From positions 118,048,001 through 118,112,000 of the forward strand of contig OX597817.1 in the NCBI GenBank assembly GCA_951406725.2: a stretch of 64,000 nucleotides of DNA, written 5' to 3'. The stretch is from Octopus vulgaris. Its lineage: Eukaryota. This document shows positions 39,825 through 55,367 of this stretch, piece by piece (within the stretch, counting starts at the first letter, position 1; each line of letters opens with the position of its first letter). A program made the position numbers and the translations under genes. Under the pieces are notes generated by a model. The model saw only the letters and a list, made by a program, of their open reading frames with translations. It was not told where the DNA came from and did no database searches.

Positions 39825-40063
39825 TTAGGGAATAAATCCAAACTTACAGGGAAAAATTAGATTTAGGATTAAATCTAATTTTACAGTATAAATATAAATT
39901 AGATTAGAGATAAAACCACTATTAAGCAAATCAAACAGTGAAAAACATAAACCAAAACATAGCAAGGAAGTTAATTAAATAAAATACAAAATGTATAAAA
40001 TATAAAATTCAAAATTTAAATTATCTAAATTTAAAGTTAAAAATTTTAATTATTAATTTATAT

Positions 40064-40114
<51 letters not shown>

Positions 40115-40704
40115 TATATATATAACTATCAAAAAGAATAAAAAGTTAAATATAAGATAAAAAGTAAAACCACTACGATCGTTTCATGCCCATAACCTAA
40201 TTCGAATAACAATAATTTAAATTCAATTAATAATTCGAATTATGGTTATAGTCAATCTTCAGGTTAATAATAACAGTTAAATAAATTATCAAATATATCG
40301 AAACAATATTTTTTGAAGAAATAAATAAAATAATAATTTTCCTTATAAAAATGTCTATTATCAAACTAGAAACTTTAACGATTATGATTATGTTACAATC
40401 GATTATAATGTTACATATTAATTTTTAAGATAAGAATAGATAGAAAATGTATTTATCTATTCAGATATAATATGGCTCTTAAAAAACATTAAAAACCCAC
40501 AAATAATCTAATCACAGTTATAGTCAATTTATATAAATCAATAATTTAAAATTTTTAACTTCAAATTTAAATAATTTAAATTTTGAATGTTATATTTTAT
40601 ATATTTTGTATTTTATATTAATTAATTTTATTTCTATATTTTGGTTTATGTTTTTCACTGTTTGATTTGCCTAATAGTGGTTTTATCTCTAATTTAATTT
40701 ATAT
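39825..40704 (-). mobile_element. AT-rich asymmetric fold-back element
   Basis: ~39892-40055 is the reverse complement of ~40540-40704; lies between (TAA)n and (TA)n. Confidence 0.85.
40170..40266 (-). ncRNA. Hammerhead candidate with extended stem II
   Basis: AC CTGAAGA ttgacTATAACC ataattcgaa..ttcgaatta GGTTATG ggcat GAAA CGATCG TA GT: intact core, palindromic CGATCG, short stem I. Confidence 0.65.
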
Positions 40705-40794
40705 ATATATATGAATAGAGTATATATGGTTATATATGTATATATGTATGGAGAAAGGGATGGATGAATGGATCTGTATGTGCGTATACATACA

Positions 40795-41040
40795 TATTCT
40801 TTTATTCTTTTACTTGTTTCAGTCATTTGACTGTGGCCATGCTGGAGCACCGCCTTTAGTCGAGCAATTCGAGCAAACCGGGACTTATTCTTTGTAAGCC
40901 CAGTACTTATTCCATCGGTCTCTTTTGGCCGAACCGCTAAGTGACTGGGACGTAAACACACCAGCATCGGTTGTCAAGCAAAGCTAGGGGGACAAACACA
41001 GACACACACGCATACACACAGACACACACACATACATATA
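40795..41040 (-). mobile_element. SINE family B, 3' half
   Basis: Reverse complement of family B 3' body and tail. Confidence 0.9.
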
Positions 41041-41415
41041 TTGATTGATTGATTGACTCTAGTTTCAGCTCATGAGCTGTGACCATGCTGGGGCACCGCC
41101 GTTTGGAGTTGCTACTTGGTTTTACTTCACGAAAGCTTTTTAGCAACTGCCATTTGGTGCATGAGCGAGTTCGATGCAGCTGCTCTCATCTGCGCCTCCT
41201 GCCGTGAAGTTGGTTCATCTGGGACACCTGACAGGAAGAGATCCAGTTCCATTTTAAAGACATCTGCATCCACCCCATGCAGGTCTCTCAGGTTCTTCGG
41301 GAGGATATTCAACAGCTGTGGGCCTCGGAAGCCCAGGCTATCACAGTATCTTGTCCTACATCTTGATGGCATATTTGGAGTCCTAGGCACCACACAGTGG
41401 CGCCCAGTTCTGGCA
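41041..41415 (-). mobile_element. 3' fragment of a CR1/L2-group LINE with (TCAA)n tail
   Basis: SLGFRGPQLLNILPKNLRDL..VFKMELDLFLSGVPDEP..RAAASNSL is a typical ORF2 C-terminus, followed by a short 3' UTR and a tetranucleotide tail. Confidence 0.8.
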
Positions 41416-41428
41416 TATATATATATGC

Positions 41429-41461
<33 letters not shown>

Positions 41462-43099
41462 TTCTTTGATATATAATAATATATATGCGTGTGAGTGTGT
41501 ATGGCAGGGGTGGTGATATAAACAATAAAACTTTATCTTATGTAATATTTCAACTTAGGTAATTTATTTCTGATTATCACGTTTACTTCGGCAAAATTTT
41601 GCTTTCAACCCATCATAGGCAACAATATCTGAATGAATCTAATATGCTGATAATATGAGAAATTTAGAGTGAGCTTATACTCTTATATGCAAATCCACAC
41701 AAACTGAGAGATCAAAGAACATTTTCGATAAGATATTGAAGGACGAATAGCAAACAAAATACTTTCTAATTAAAGTGTCACGTTTTGCAGACAATAGTAT
41801 AATTCTAACAATAAAGTAGAATTTTTTCCTTATTCTGTAGATAAAGCCAGAATAGAGACTACAACAATGCGTAAAATCAAATGGTGCCAAATATATACAC
41901 GGCACAAAACACCACTACTAATCACAGCACACATATTACCTCGATTATTTCAATACAAAAGAACATAGAACCCTAAATCAAAACATTGCACATGTGCAAT
42001 ATACGAATCTCTATGATTCTGTAAAATTTTATTCACTTCTGGAACTTTGACTAGTTGCATTTCCGTCATTTTGAATGCTTATTTTCATGTTTTCCAAATT
42101 CCTCCAAAATTAATAATCGAGGTAATGCTCAAACTACAACAGCTACTACTACTACAAGTAGTAGTGGTGGTGGTGGTGGTGGTTGTAGTAGTAGTAGTAG
42201 TAGTAGCGATGATAATGAAAATAACCCTGAAAAACTACAAAAATGTCTCACATTGAATCATGGGAAATTAGAAGTTACTAGAAAAATTAAAATTACAAAA
42301 GAAAAATTTTCCGTTTTCAAATACAAAATAGGGGATGCAATAACAGATAATTAGTAAGAAAATGAAAAAACAACGGCAGAAGAAAGAAATAGCTAAAATC
42401 TTAACTAAAATTTGGACTGGATAATGTCATTATAAAACGGTGTAAAGGAATATCTTTACCTTGGCTAATATTAGGAAAAAGCTGAAAGGTGTTAAAATAG
42501 AAAAAAGTGTGAAAATCCTGAAGAGTGTGAAAAAGATAAACACCAACAATGATTTAGAAGCATTAATAATTTTACAGTAGGACATTGGGTGTATCAAAAG
42601 ACCGTTGCCTGTAGAATTACTTCGGGATGATCTCAAGAAATTTGTTTCTTACCACAACTCTAGGGCTCACAGAAACAATTAGAAAATTCTCTCATTTCAT
42701 ATCTTGCTGTATTTGTGGCTTTACTACGTTCAGGTATCCCGAAATCTTGTTTTTTCTGATTTTGAATGTTTCTACCCTTGTCTCTAAGTCTTAATTTTAT
42801 GGTATGAAAATAGTTTTATATTTTACTCCTCACATCACAATTGGAAATGGCTGCAAAGTGTTGCTGTGGGTGGAGTTATGTATATAGTTGGTGTGGTTTT
42901 GTTTTTGTTCGTTGTTGGGCTTGTGTGCGTGTGTGCGTATGCCTCTGTGTGTGTGTTGTGTGTGTGTATGCCCGCGTGCGACGGTTGGTTTTTCACTACC
43001 CTATCCGTCATTGTTAAATTTGAGCGATTTCTTTTGTGTACGACGGTGTCCTTCTTCTTGCAGATTTAGCGTTGTTTGAGATCGATGTGGAATTGTTGT

Positions 43100-43720
43100 T
43101 GTTTTATTTTGTATTTTTGAGTAATTCCGTCTTGGATCAATTTCCCAAACTCCTCCTCATCAAAAAAAATTGTCACAAGACATTGAATTAGATAGGGCGA
43201 AAGACATGTTTTCTTGTGTAGGTATTCTGCGTTTGTGCACATAGTATAGGGTCATGGTACAAGAGAATATTGGATTGGATATACCCTGAATTGGAGATGG
43301 TCAATATTTCTAGAGACGTGAAGTTTTGGTTTTTTCTCTCTCCACAGTCACACATAATTGTGCTCTAATCGGCATAAAGATGAGGTATGCTATCATTTGC
43401 ATGCTGTTCCCTAATCAGTTTTCTCACCATGTTCATCCCAAATGTAGTACACTTTACATTCTTCCAACATATCGCTTGCTAATATTTACCAGAGATCCCT
43501 AGTGAGACTTCTGGTATCGTTACGTTTTGCACCCATTTTTCCAAATAAGTAGGGAAGAGTGTAAAACGCTCGTTGCAGCGGACGATTATCGGATGTAGCA
43601 CTGCGATAGATTCAATCTTGAACAGGGGTCAAAGGCACGGAAGTATTGCGCACAAAATATACAGTGTTTGGGCCAAATATAGTTAGTTTCAAAGGAAAAG
43701 AAAACTCAATATCCTAACCA
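43100..43720 (-). mobile_element. Decayed ORF1/gag-like remnant, possibly related to 10085-11143
   Basis: LFPTYLEKWVQNVTIPEV and LCVTVEREKPKLHV..DHL resemble the VxVEGRxPxCxxCxxxGH region. Confidence 0.3.
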
Positions 43721-44242
43721 TTTTTTTAAAAAATCAATACGTATCAATTAAAATATGACTGGAAAATACATTCCCACAACGTAGCTAGTCGCGGCTTCCA
43801 CCAATGTCTCACAACGGATCCGAAACATTCACCGTGTCCTGCACCTACGGGATGATAGTCTAGAAGGGAATCCGGAGGCCAGAAAGTGCGGCTGCGGAAG
43901 GCGTAGAAATTCTTAGAAAACCACTTCTAAATCTCTTCTGGGTATGGCAAATGCTGACCCCTGCTGCAACACTAATTTATTCCACCAGCAATTCTCTACA
44001 GCCAGCGTTTGACCAATCTCGAGTACTTTCACATAGACGACTGAATTACGCCTGAGGTCTTGCTCATGGGTGTAGGATTGGATCACGTCCCCCTCACTGA
44101 AGACACGTTCATATTTTGAGGGAACTTGATGTTCATGATGTCCGTATCACGTCTTACAGAGCATCATGATGTCCTTATTTTGATAACCGGCGTTAATCAT
44201 GATGATGCAGGTAACTCTTTTTGAATATAGAGATAGCTGAAA

Positions 44243-44580
44243 GTGGCGAGCTGGCAAAATTCTTAGCGTTATTTCGTCTGCCGCTACGTTCTGAGCTCAA
44301 ATTCTACCTAAGTCGACTTTTCCTTTCATCCTTTCGGGGTCGATTAAATAAGTACCAGTTACGCACTGGGGTCGATATAATCGACTTAATCCTTGTGGGT
44401 AGTAAAGAAGTAGGTATTTCTTCTGTCTTTACGTACTGAGTTCAAATTCCAACGAGATCGACTTTGCCTATCATCCTTTCGAGGTCGATAAATTGAGTAG
44501 CACTTGCGTACTAGGGTCGATGTAATCGACTGGCCACCTCCCCCAAAATTTCGAGGCCTGTGCTTAGAGCAGAAAAGAAT
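44243..44580 (+). mobile_element. Two partial tandem SINE family A copies
   Basis: 44243-44385 and ~44410-44580 match 4469-4689. Confidence 0.85.
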
Positions 44581-46476
44581 ATACTTGAATGTTTCTATCT
44601 CAGGTAACTTTTTCACAACCACAACTTCAATCTCTATGTTGACTGTTCCTCAGATACATCAACCTTTCTTGAAGAAAAGAAATATCATGGAAAGATCGTT
44701 CTCAAATTTAGCCCGAAAACACTTATATTCTATATATCGCGAACGGCCCCTGTCTACTTGAGATTTAGTAGCCATCTAAATGTAACGACTTCTTTAAACT
44801 TATGCAGCAATATATAACAGTGCTTTTGACAGCTGCTGTTTGTATCTTAGGAGCGAGTGTAAGTTTTACTTTATATAAATCAAGCAAAGTATTGTAATGG
44901 AAACTGTTCCAGTAAAAGAAGCCTTGTTTTTGTTCCTATTGATGCTGATAATTTGGAGGCTACTGCGGTCGGTGCTGGGCCTGCTACTGTCGTTGCTGAT
45001 GGTGATGATGATGTACTGCTGCTACTACTACTGCGACGAGATTTTAACACAGAAGACATAGAAATGGAACTAATAACGACTGGAATATGCTCCATTGTTT
45101 TCTCAGTCTCATCAACCCATCAATCTAGATAATTATCGACCCTGAAATTATGAAAGATAAAATAAAAGACCACACCGGCGTTTCAAGTCTGAGTATATAC
45201 AGTTCGAGCAAATAGTGCATGGTCTTCTGTCCTCTGCTTAAATGGCTTTGTTAATTAACTAGTGGAGAAATGGATCTAGATCACAGGGAATTTATTCAAT
45301 TTTCTCATTGCAACTTCCATATTGTTCGTTAACTATTAACAGAAAAATGTTAAAGAAATATTCTGTTATAAAGAAAGTTATAATAAATTGAATTATATAG
45401 TAATATGCTTGTTTTACTTTAGATATATATACATTTATAACAATGATGCAATAAAATATGAAAAAAAGCATAATTTGATATGTGTGATGTCAAAATATTT
45501 ATGTATCACGCATATGTCATTTATTAATTATAATTTAAATTTTAGAATATGTAATAAGAATTTAATTACTATTCACTTTATTAAATAGAATATTTGTAGA
45601 AAAACACATTGTATGGAATAGTATACAATAAAAACTTAGCTTTCATTATTTTTCTATATCTCATAACATATTCCTCAATTATCTTCCTTTTGCTTTATGT
45701 TTCAAGAAATGACCAAATATGGAAGAAAAACATATGATCTCTCACGGGGAAACAAGAAAGATACAATAATATACGAAACGGGGTGACAGAAACTGATATG
45801 GAAAATTGATGTAAACAAGCGCTAGAACAACATGCTCATGACCAAAGAAAGTGAGTATGTTAAAACAATATACGCAACAAAGACATACACAAGAATAGCT
45901 TTATTGAGTGCAGCGGTAAAGTACCTTGATTCAAAGTGCTGAACAATATTTTGAAGGGCAGTGATGTTGTATGTTGTTAGAAAATACTTAATAGTATAGA
46001 GAAGAACGGCATTAACTTTCTCGAAACACAGCCTGAATAGAGTTTAGATAAAGATGCGGGGCGAAATCACCCAGCAAACTAGTGACGTTCTTACAAACAA
46101 AAACTTGTTTGTTTTTGCGATGATTTCTTTCAGTTCAAGAACAGGTTAATGTTACCAAAATATCAGTAAATATTTCTACTAAGTTAGATATGGACAATGC
46201 CACTTTGCTAACACTCCATATGGTACAAGTTCCCTATATGATATGAGGTCACTTTGCTGTTTGATGGCAAATAGAGGAAAGCACATCAAACTAGACCTGG
46301 TAAAGAGTGTGTAGAGTCATAAATGACAGAGCTATATTTTCATGAAATTTTATTTAACATTAAGAAAATTCTAGTATCACGACAAATTGTTTCGTAACTT
46401 AAAATCATGTAAATAATATAGGTTATAAGCTATTTGTTATTTATATCTATCTAACTCTATCTATATATATATATAG

Positions 46477-48449
<1,973 letters not shown>

Positions 48450-50402
48450 CGTGCATACATTCACACACACTTACACAGATGTGCTTATATAGCAAGCGTG
48501 TCTGAATCAACACATCAAATTTTCAGTTCTAGGAACTATGCATTGAAATTAAATTCTATTCCTTTCAAAGTATGTATAAATAGATGTAGTATATTGCATA
48601 TCCATTGTCACAGACATTTTCCTATAAGAAGAAATATTTGTCATTTGCTAACTTATTTAAATTAGTTACCGTCTAAAGTTTTATTAGTTTAAATAAAATA
48701 ACGGTCAAATGTTACATTAGTTGATAAGTGAATGTATAATCGAAAGTTGTAATCATCTAATTGGTTTCACTATGTAGTTTCAAACATTACAAGATAAAGT
48801 TGGAAATCTTATATAATGAAATTACAATACCGTTGCTCAAAAATTACTATGTGAATACTTCTGGGTTATATATTATGACTTTAAACACTAGGCTCAGTTT
48901 GGTATTGGTCGGTTTTGTGTAACATTGTATTATATATTCATTCCCGAATCGCAGAGATTAAATGCGATGTGAGCGTACATATGTACGGACCAAATGCAAA
49001 AGCATAATCAGATTGGGAGCTTGGTTACGATAAGGCATTACTTCAAAGCACTGAAATCAGTGATTCTTTTAGCGCAAGTGAAGGTTATAATCTAATCGAT
49101 GTCATCCATCAGCAGGTGAGGTTATGCATCTGATGTTGAAATGTATCAATCCATGATAGATATAAGTTCCTGTATTCAATAAAGAAAGAGTTAACCTGTT
49201 TTACTGTAGTAATGATTTTCAATATCACTTAAGGCTTCATTTTTTAAAAAAAATTGTGTACTAAAATACAGTCTTAGGATCCTACAATATCCATGTAGAA
49301 AAGTGATGGTCGCCACTATATCTTGAACAATTGAAACTACATTGCTTCGTTCAAAATCATAAAATCGCATATATGTATTGAAACGGATTCTTAATATTAC
49401 AATATCAAAGATTTTCAGCAGATATACGCAACGGACTAGAAAATTAAAAATGGATGTACTATGCTCATTTGCAGAAAATTATCACTTCATTAAAAGAAAT
49501 ATCGTGTATCAGTTGCTAGAGTATAATGCCGTATTGTTTCTATTTCCTATTCTAAAAGTTTGAATACAACAAAATTTAAATTTCAATGCCGTTTATTTGT
49601 ATTTCAATTTTATTCTTTCTTGTGATAATTATACAGTATCAACAAATATGTCAAATGAACGTTTTTTCTAGCACACGGACTAAATTGACTAACGATTTTT
49701 AACATTCGTTGTTACCATTTAGTCATGATGTAAGAACAGTGCTCATCATCCACATATATATTTCCGAGCCTCTGACGTTGGTATGATGAAAGGCTGGTAG
49801 TTTTGATTAACGGGATGATATAGTTTGAATGTTTGCAGCAGAATACATACTGCTAGAGGCACCCCAGCACAAAGTGTTGATCTAAGAAAAAGCGAAGGAG
49901 GAAATCTACCAAAATAATAATATGACGTTCATCGCTATAACATTTCTGCCAATCCACTTTTTGGACTAATTAAGTCTTAACTATATCCCTTTGAAGGCAA
50001 AACCAGTGATGATACAATTTGATTCTACAGCAAACAGAGTCGGTATAAATAATAAAAGTGACTTGCACCGACTCTTGAACAACATCACTAATACACCGAA
50101 TTAAAAGTAATTGATAACATAATTTACAGGTAATTGATAAATAAATTTGAATTTGCAGGAAAAAGAATAAAATGTCTAGAGGAATAAAATGTCTAGAGAA
50201 TTAGAGGCAACTATCCTTAAATTTTTATCAAAATTATTTAATAAGACTTGAAATGAGAAAGTTGATGGCTGAAAAGAATGTCAAAAAAGATAGATATGAA
50301 TTATTATCACCAATAATGAGAATGTTTACTGCCCGAATAAAACGAGATACAGCACTATTAATAATGCAACATTTTGGACAATTAATATTAATGTTACCGA
50401 TT

Positions 50403-50580
50403 CAGGGTGGCAAGCTGGCGAAATCGTTACTGCACCAGGCAAATAAATTTAAATTCCACCGTGAGGATTTGCTTTTCATCGTTTCGGGGTTGATAAAATA
50501 AATACCAGATGAGCCCTGATATTGATGTAATTGACCTAACCTCTCCTTGAAATTGCTGGCAGTGTATCAAAATGTGAAAT
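50403..50580 (+). mobile_element. Degenerate SINE family A copy
   Basis: ggtggcaagctggcgaaatcgtta...ttgcttttcatcgtttcggggttgataaaataaatacc. Confidence 0.7.
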
Positions 50581-50724
50581 ACATATTTTAGATTTCTTCT
50601 TGCCACATGCCTTCCTATTTATAGTATATATAGAACTGAGTTGACACGAAATAAAAAACTTTTGGATAGTCTAATTTAAGTATTCATTGTATCCATAAGT
50701 GATGCAGTGAATTATAATCACAGG

Positions 50725-50776
<52 letters not shown>

Positions 50777-50788
50777 CATTACCACAGG

Positions 50789-50832
<44 letters not shown>

Positions 50833-50959
50833 ACCACAGGAGAATCTCTGATGAACTTTCTCTCTAAATTCGAGATCAGTTTCTGCCGTCTCACTTGATT
50901 CATTTTCATTCAAATGCTGTTGTGCTTCTAGTAATAAGGAAGTATTTCTACGTTCGGTG

Positions 50960-51265
50960 TAACCACACCAACAGCGGTGTTCAGGCTGTGTGTGCACAGG
51001 CACAAGAACATACTTACATACACACACGCACGCATGCACACACATTCACACGCACACACGCACACACAAACACACATACACCCATATATATATATATATA
51101 TATATGAGGGTTTCATTCAGTTTCCGTCAACCAATTCCATTCACATGACTTTGATCGACTCGTGCCTCGAGTAAGAGACACTTTCCCAATATGCCATGCA
51201 GTAGGACTGAACATTGAACCAAATTTTGAGGAAGCAAACCACTTATATGGCCACGTCTGTGCCTT
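50960..51265 (-). mobile_element. Degenerate SINE family B copy
   Basis: ttcagtttccgtc..ccaa.tcca.tcaca, gacactttcccaa..tgcca.gcagt.ggactgaac. Confidence 0.75.
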
Positions 51266-52787
51266 TCATGATCATCTTCCAATGAGTGAGAGATCATACT
51301 GTAAACACAGTTTTGATAAGTAACTAGCTAAATTCGTTGGTAATAATGATTGCGATACGAAATGATTTTAAGCTCCGCGCTAAATTTAGAAATTGAGCGA
51401 TGATAGTAATGTCATAGAGTAGGTTTATACGATCCATGCCATGTACCTTCGACAAGTAGTTTAAAAGAGCCTGTATTTTTTTTCCGTAGCAACAGTCGAT
51501 TAATAAATGTTATTAATAAAAAGTACGTTAGGCAAACATGAATATATGAAGATATATACCTGTTCAAAATGGACTGATAAAATCAATATGAAATACAAGT
51601 ATCTTATAATGCAAGGTATTGAGTGGAAAGCCTATTTATATCACATCCACCCCTTTTTACATGCAGTAATTAAACATATCCTCATGACTCTCCTCATAAT
51701 GGGGAACAGGATAAATCACATATGTAATGTTTTACCTTCCAATGAAAGATGGTGAAAAAAATTTGCTTCTGTATTTAAACAATAAACATAAAAATTTAGC
51801 AATTGGTGGCATTAAACAGATCCTATTGCACATATTAGAAGTAAATTAAAGTTAGGAAGTATTGAACTATAAAATCTACAAATTGTCAAATTACAATATA
51901 TTGATCACAATGAAATTGATAAACAATGCTAAGTAGTCTCACAGAAAGATTACATGTGTATACGGGATTTTAACACAAGAAATGAATTAACCAATGAAAA
52001 GTTTGTATAATATGTGGTATTTACAGGTAAATGTATATTCTCGAAATACTTAAATATGTCATAATGCAAGTATCATCATACAAAATTGAGAAAGTAAGCA
52101 AAATAGAAGATATTGACATGCAATTTTCTAAAACTATGCCACTAAGATATACAAAGGGTAAACAAGCTAAGTAATATTAAGTAGATTTTCACTCGCATAC
52201 AATAACATCATATTTATCTAGAAATAACTTAAGTTCTCTCCGCCTGTTAAACTAGAGGCAATAACTACAACCTTCGACCTATCCTTCAGCGACAGACAGA
52301 GATAAATACAGTGTAAGTTCATATTTAACATTCCTATATATATGTGCGTCAATTAATATGTGATCTGTGAATATCTATGTCCCTCGGTGAAGGAAGGAGT
52401 GAATAAATGCAGCGAGACCGTTTAATTGCTAGAATTATTTTAGTAATTATACTTGTGTATGTATGCGTGTGTTTCAGTGTGTGCGTGTGTTTCAGTATGT
52501 GAGGGGGACGCCCTCACGTGTTTGCCTGTCTCTCTGTGTTATGTGCTCTTATGTGTGTAGGAAGATAGTGAGAGGAAATATTTTTTCTATGAAATAGGGT
52601 ATTCATTCCCTCTCTAATTAATATATTTTGCTTGATGTCCATCCGTATCTGAACAAAATACAGAGCCAAAGACACTGAGCAGCTATACATAGATACACCA
52701 ACTTAGGGCGGAGATGAGAAAAATGAAACTCGCAGTAAAATTTAGCTGCAGATTTAGTGTGTAATACATATATACATATATACATAC

Positions 52788-52827
<40 letters not shown>

Positions 52828-54067
52828 TTGTGTATGTGTGTGCACATACATTGTGTGTCTTGCACATTTAAAAATAACATATATACATGTATGTATACTT
52901 GCAACAATCTAAATGTCCAGTCATTGTTTGATTTCAAAAAGGCATGTTGTAAAAACGGTCACAAATCACTTTGCTTGAGATTTATTACAACATTCATTCA
53001 TGTTGCTTTTCTTTGATAAGTGTTATTACTGAACACACACATACTAATTTTCACTCTCTAGAAGTCTACCCATGGCTTTACCCTACTACGTCCACCATTT
53101 TCATATTGCCAGTAACATTGATTTTGATGCCAATTTCGAGAAGCTTGGCCGGAAAAGGAAGCGGATTTGCATCTCTTTAAACGCCGGTGGTTCCGGATGC
53201 AAACTCTTTTTATGGTTTGCCTTATTTGCAATTTATCTCAATGTAATTGTATTCTATAAAGAAAGTTAGTTATTTCTTCTCTTGGCCGGCAAATCTTCTG
53301 ATTTAAGCAAAATATAGAATTCCAAGCCAGATCTATATGGTACGTTTTGTAACAGTGCTAAGTAATTGTGACACCTAGAGCCCTGTTCAGACTATATCAA
53401 GAAAGCTTCAAATTCTGTAATATTAAATCCCATATTATATGTCGAATATTACAGAAAACTGATGAGGCAATGCAATAAAAGTGCTAAATAGATACTATAT
53501 ATGTATGTATGTATGCATGTATGTATGTATGTATGTATGTATGTATGTATGTATGTATGTGTATAATATTAATATACATACGTGTGTGTGTGTTTCTGTC
53601 TATGTACTTGCATGTATGCACGCATGTATCTGTATGTACGTATATTTCCATACCCTGGTGGAGAGTGTGGTCTGCAGTAGATTTGTTTGAAAGTATTGAT
53701 GAATAGCATTTACCAATTTCAGCTATATCATGTCGTATCGTTCGATGCAAACGAAGTTTTATTCAGTTTTGCTTGTCTGAGAATCACTAAACTGCAGAAT
53801 AGTTAGGAAAATAAAATTGCATCATACGTATGTTGTATGTATTTCTTGCAGGTATTCTCACGCAACTTTTCCAATCGATTATCTATCTATCGCCTCCTCT
53901 CTCTCTCTCTCTCTCTATCTATCCATATCACTCTCTCCATCTCTCTCTCCCGTTCTCCCTCGCACACACGCATTCACACTCTCTCCCTCTCCCCTATATA
54001 TATATATATATATATTTATATGTATATAAAGGCACACGCACATACAACATCACGCATATATATATAG

Positions 54068-54098
<31 letters not shown>

Positions 54099-55367
54099 CT
54101 TTACTACCCACAAGGGGCTTATATATATATATTAGAAAGAGAGAGAAAGAGATGTACATGTACATACATACATATATATGTATGTATATTCACACCGCAT
54201 GCATATATACGAATTTCCACCTACAATCCATGAGTAAGGTTACAAGACATTTGGACACACAAAACTAAGAATAGATTAAAATTCATTGAATATATGATTT
54301 GCTTTGAGAAGAAATTTGTACATTATATAGTTGTGAACTGTTTTGCATTGGAGAACTGCTGTTCTTTGTGTGAGACTGGCATGACCAGCATTAACCAATG
54401 AAATAATGTCTAGATGGTATCGCAAGTTAAAATATTCTTCTATTATGAACAGCAATATCGTCCTAAACAAATAGAGTAATCGTTAAACCGACTAACCATA
54501 TGAAGCAGCACCCGAATAACTACACACGCATGTACCCGCACACATACACACACACAGAGAAATTGATAGAGAAACAAGTAGAAACAAGAGTGGGAGAGAA
54601 ATACATATTTGTATACATGTACATACACATGTATCTGCTCATATAAATATATATATATATATATATGCTTGCTTGTGTTTGCGTGAAAACTTATATGTAC
54701 GTAGATATAAGTATTTGAATAAGTCTATCAATTAAACGGTCTCTCTGCATTCATTCATCTATAACATGAAGACAATTCTTCATGCTATATACTCCAACCA
54801 ATATAGATTAAATTAAATTCACAATAAATAATATCTGCTCAAGAAAAATCAATTTATATCGGTGTTCGTGATAAACAAGGATGAACTAGATGAATTATTT
54901 TCGATATTCGTGCTAAGTCGAACAGATTTTACTATTATTCTCGAGCAAGGTCGTCACATTGAAATTAACAAATTTTCATTATAACCATCTTCAATTTGTT
55001 ATTTTGTAATAAAATTTTACATGCACGGAAGTTCTCTCATTTTCGATAATGTATAGTAGGTGGTTTTTATATTCATTATTTCGAATGCGATGATATTGGT
55101 ATTACACGTTATAATTTTCGATCTGGTTTCAGCCAGTTTTCTACTTAAAGTAAAATGAAGATTTTAAAATACAGACAATATTTCAATACCCAGTTATTTT
55201 AATTTATAGAGATATATTACTTAGCAAAATATACAACTAGTATACACAATGATAAATGCAATGCGTTTGGATGTGCATATATGCATGCATATATATATAC
55301 ATATATATTTACATGCATGCGAATTATTACATCTGTTTCCATGCATATTTCGCATTGTGGTTGCCAG

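Noticed and set aside
53125-53215. Small CpG-rich patch
   Set aside because: Too short, with no ORF, structure or repeat that I could support
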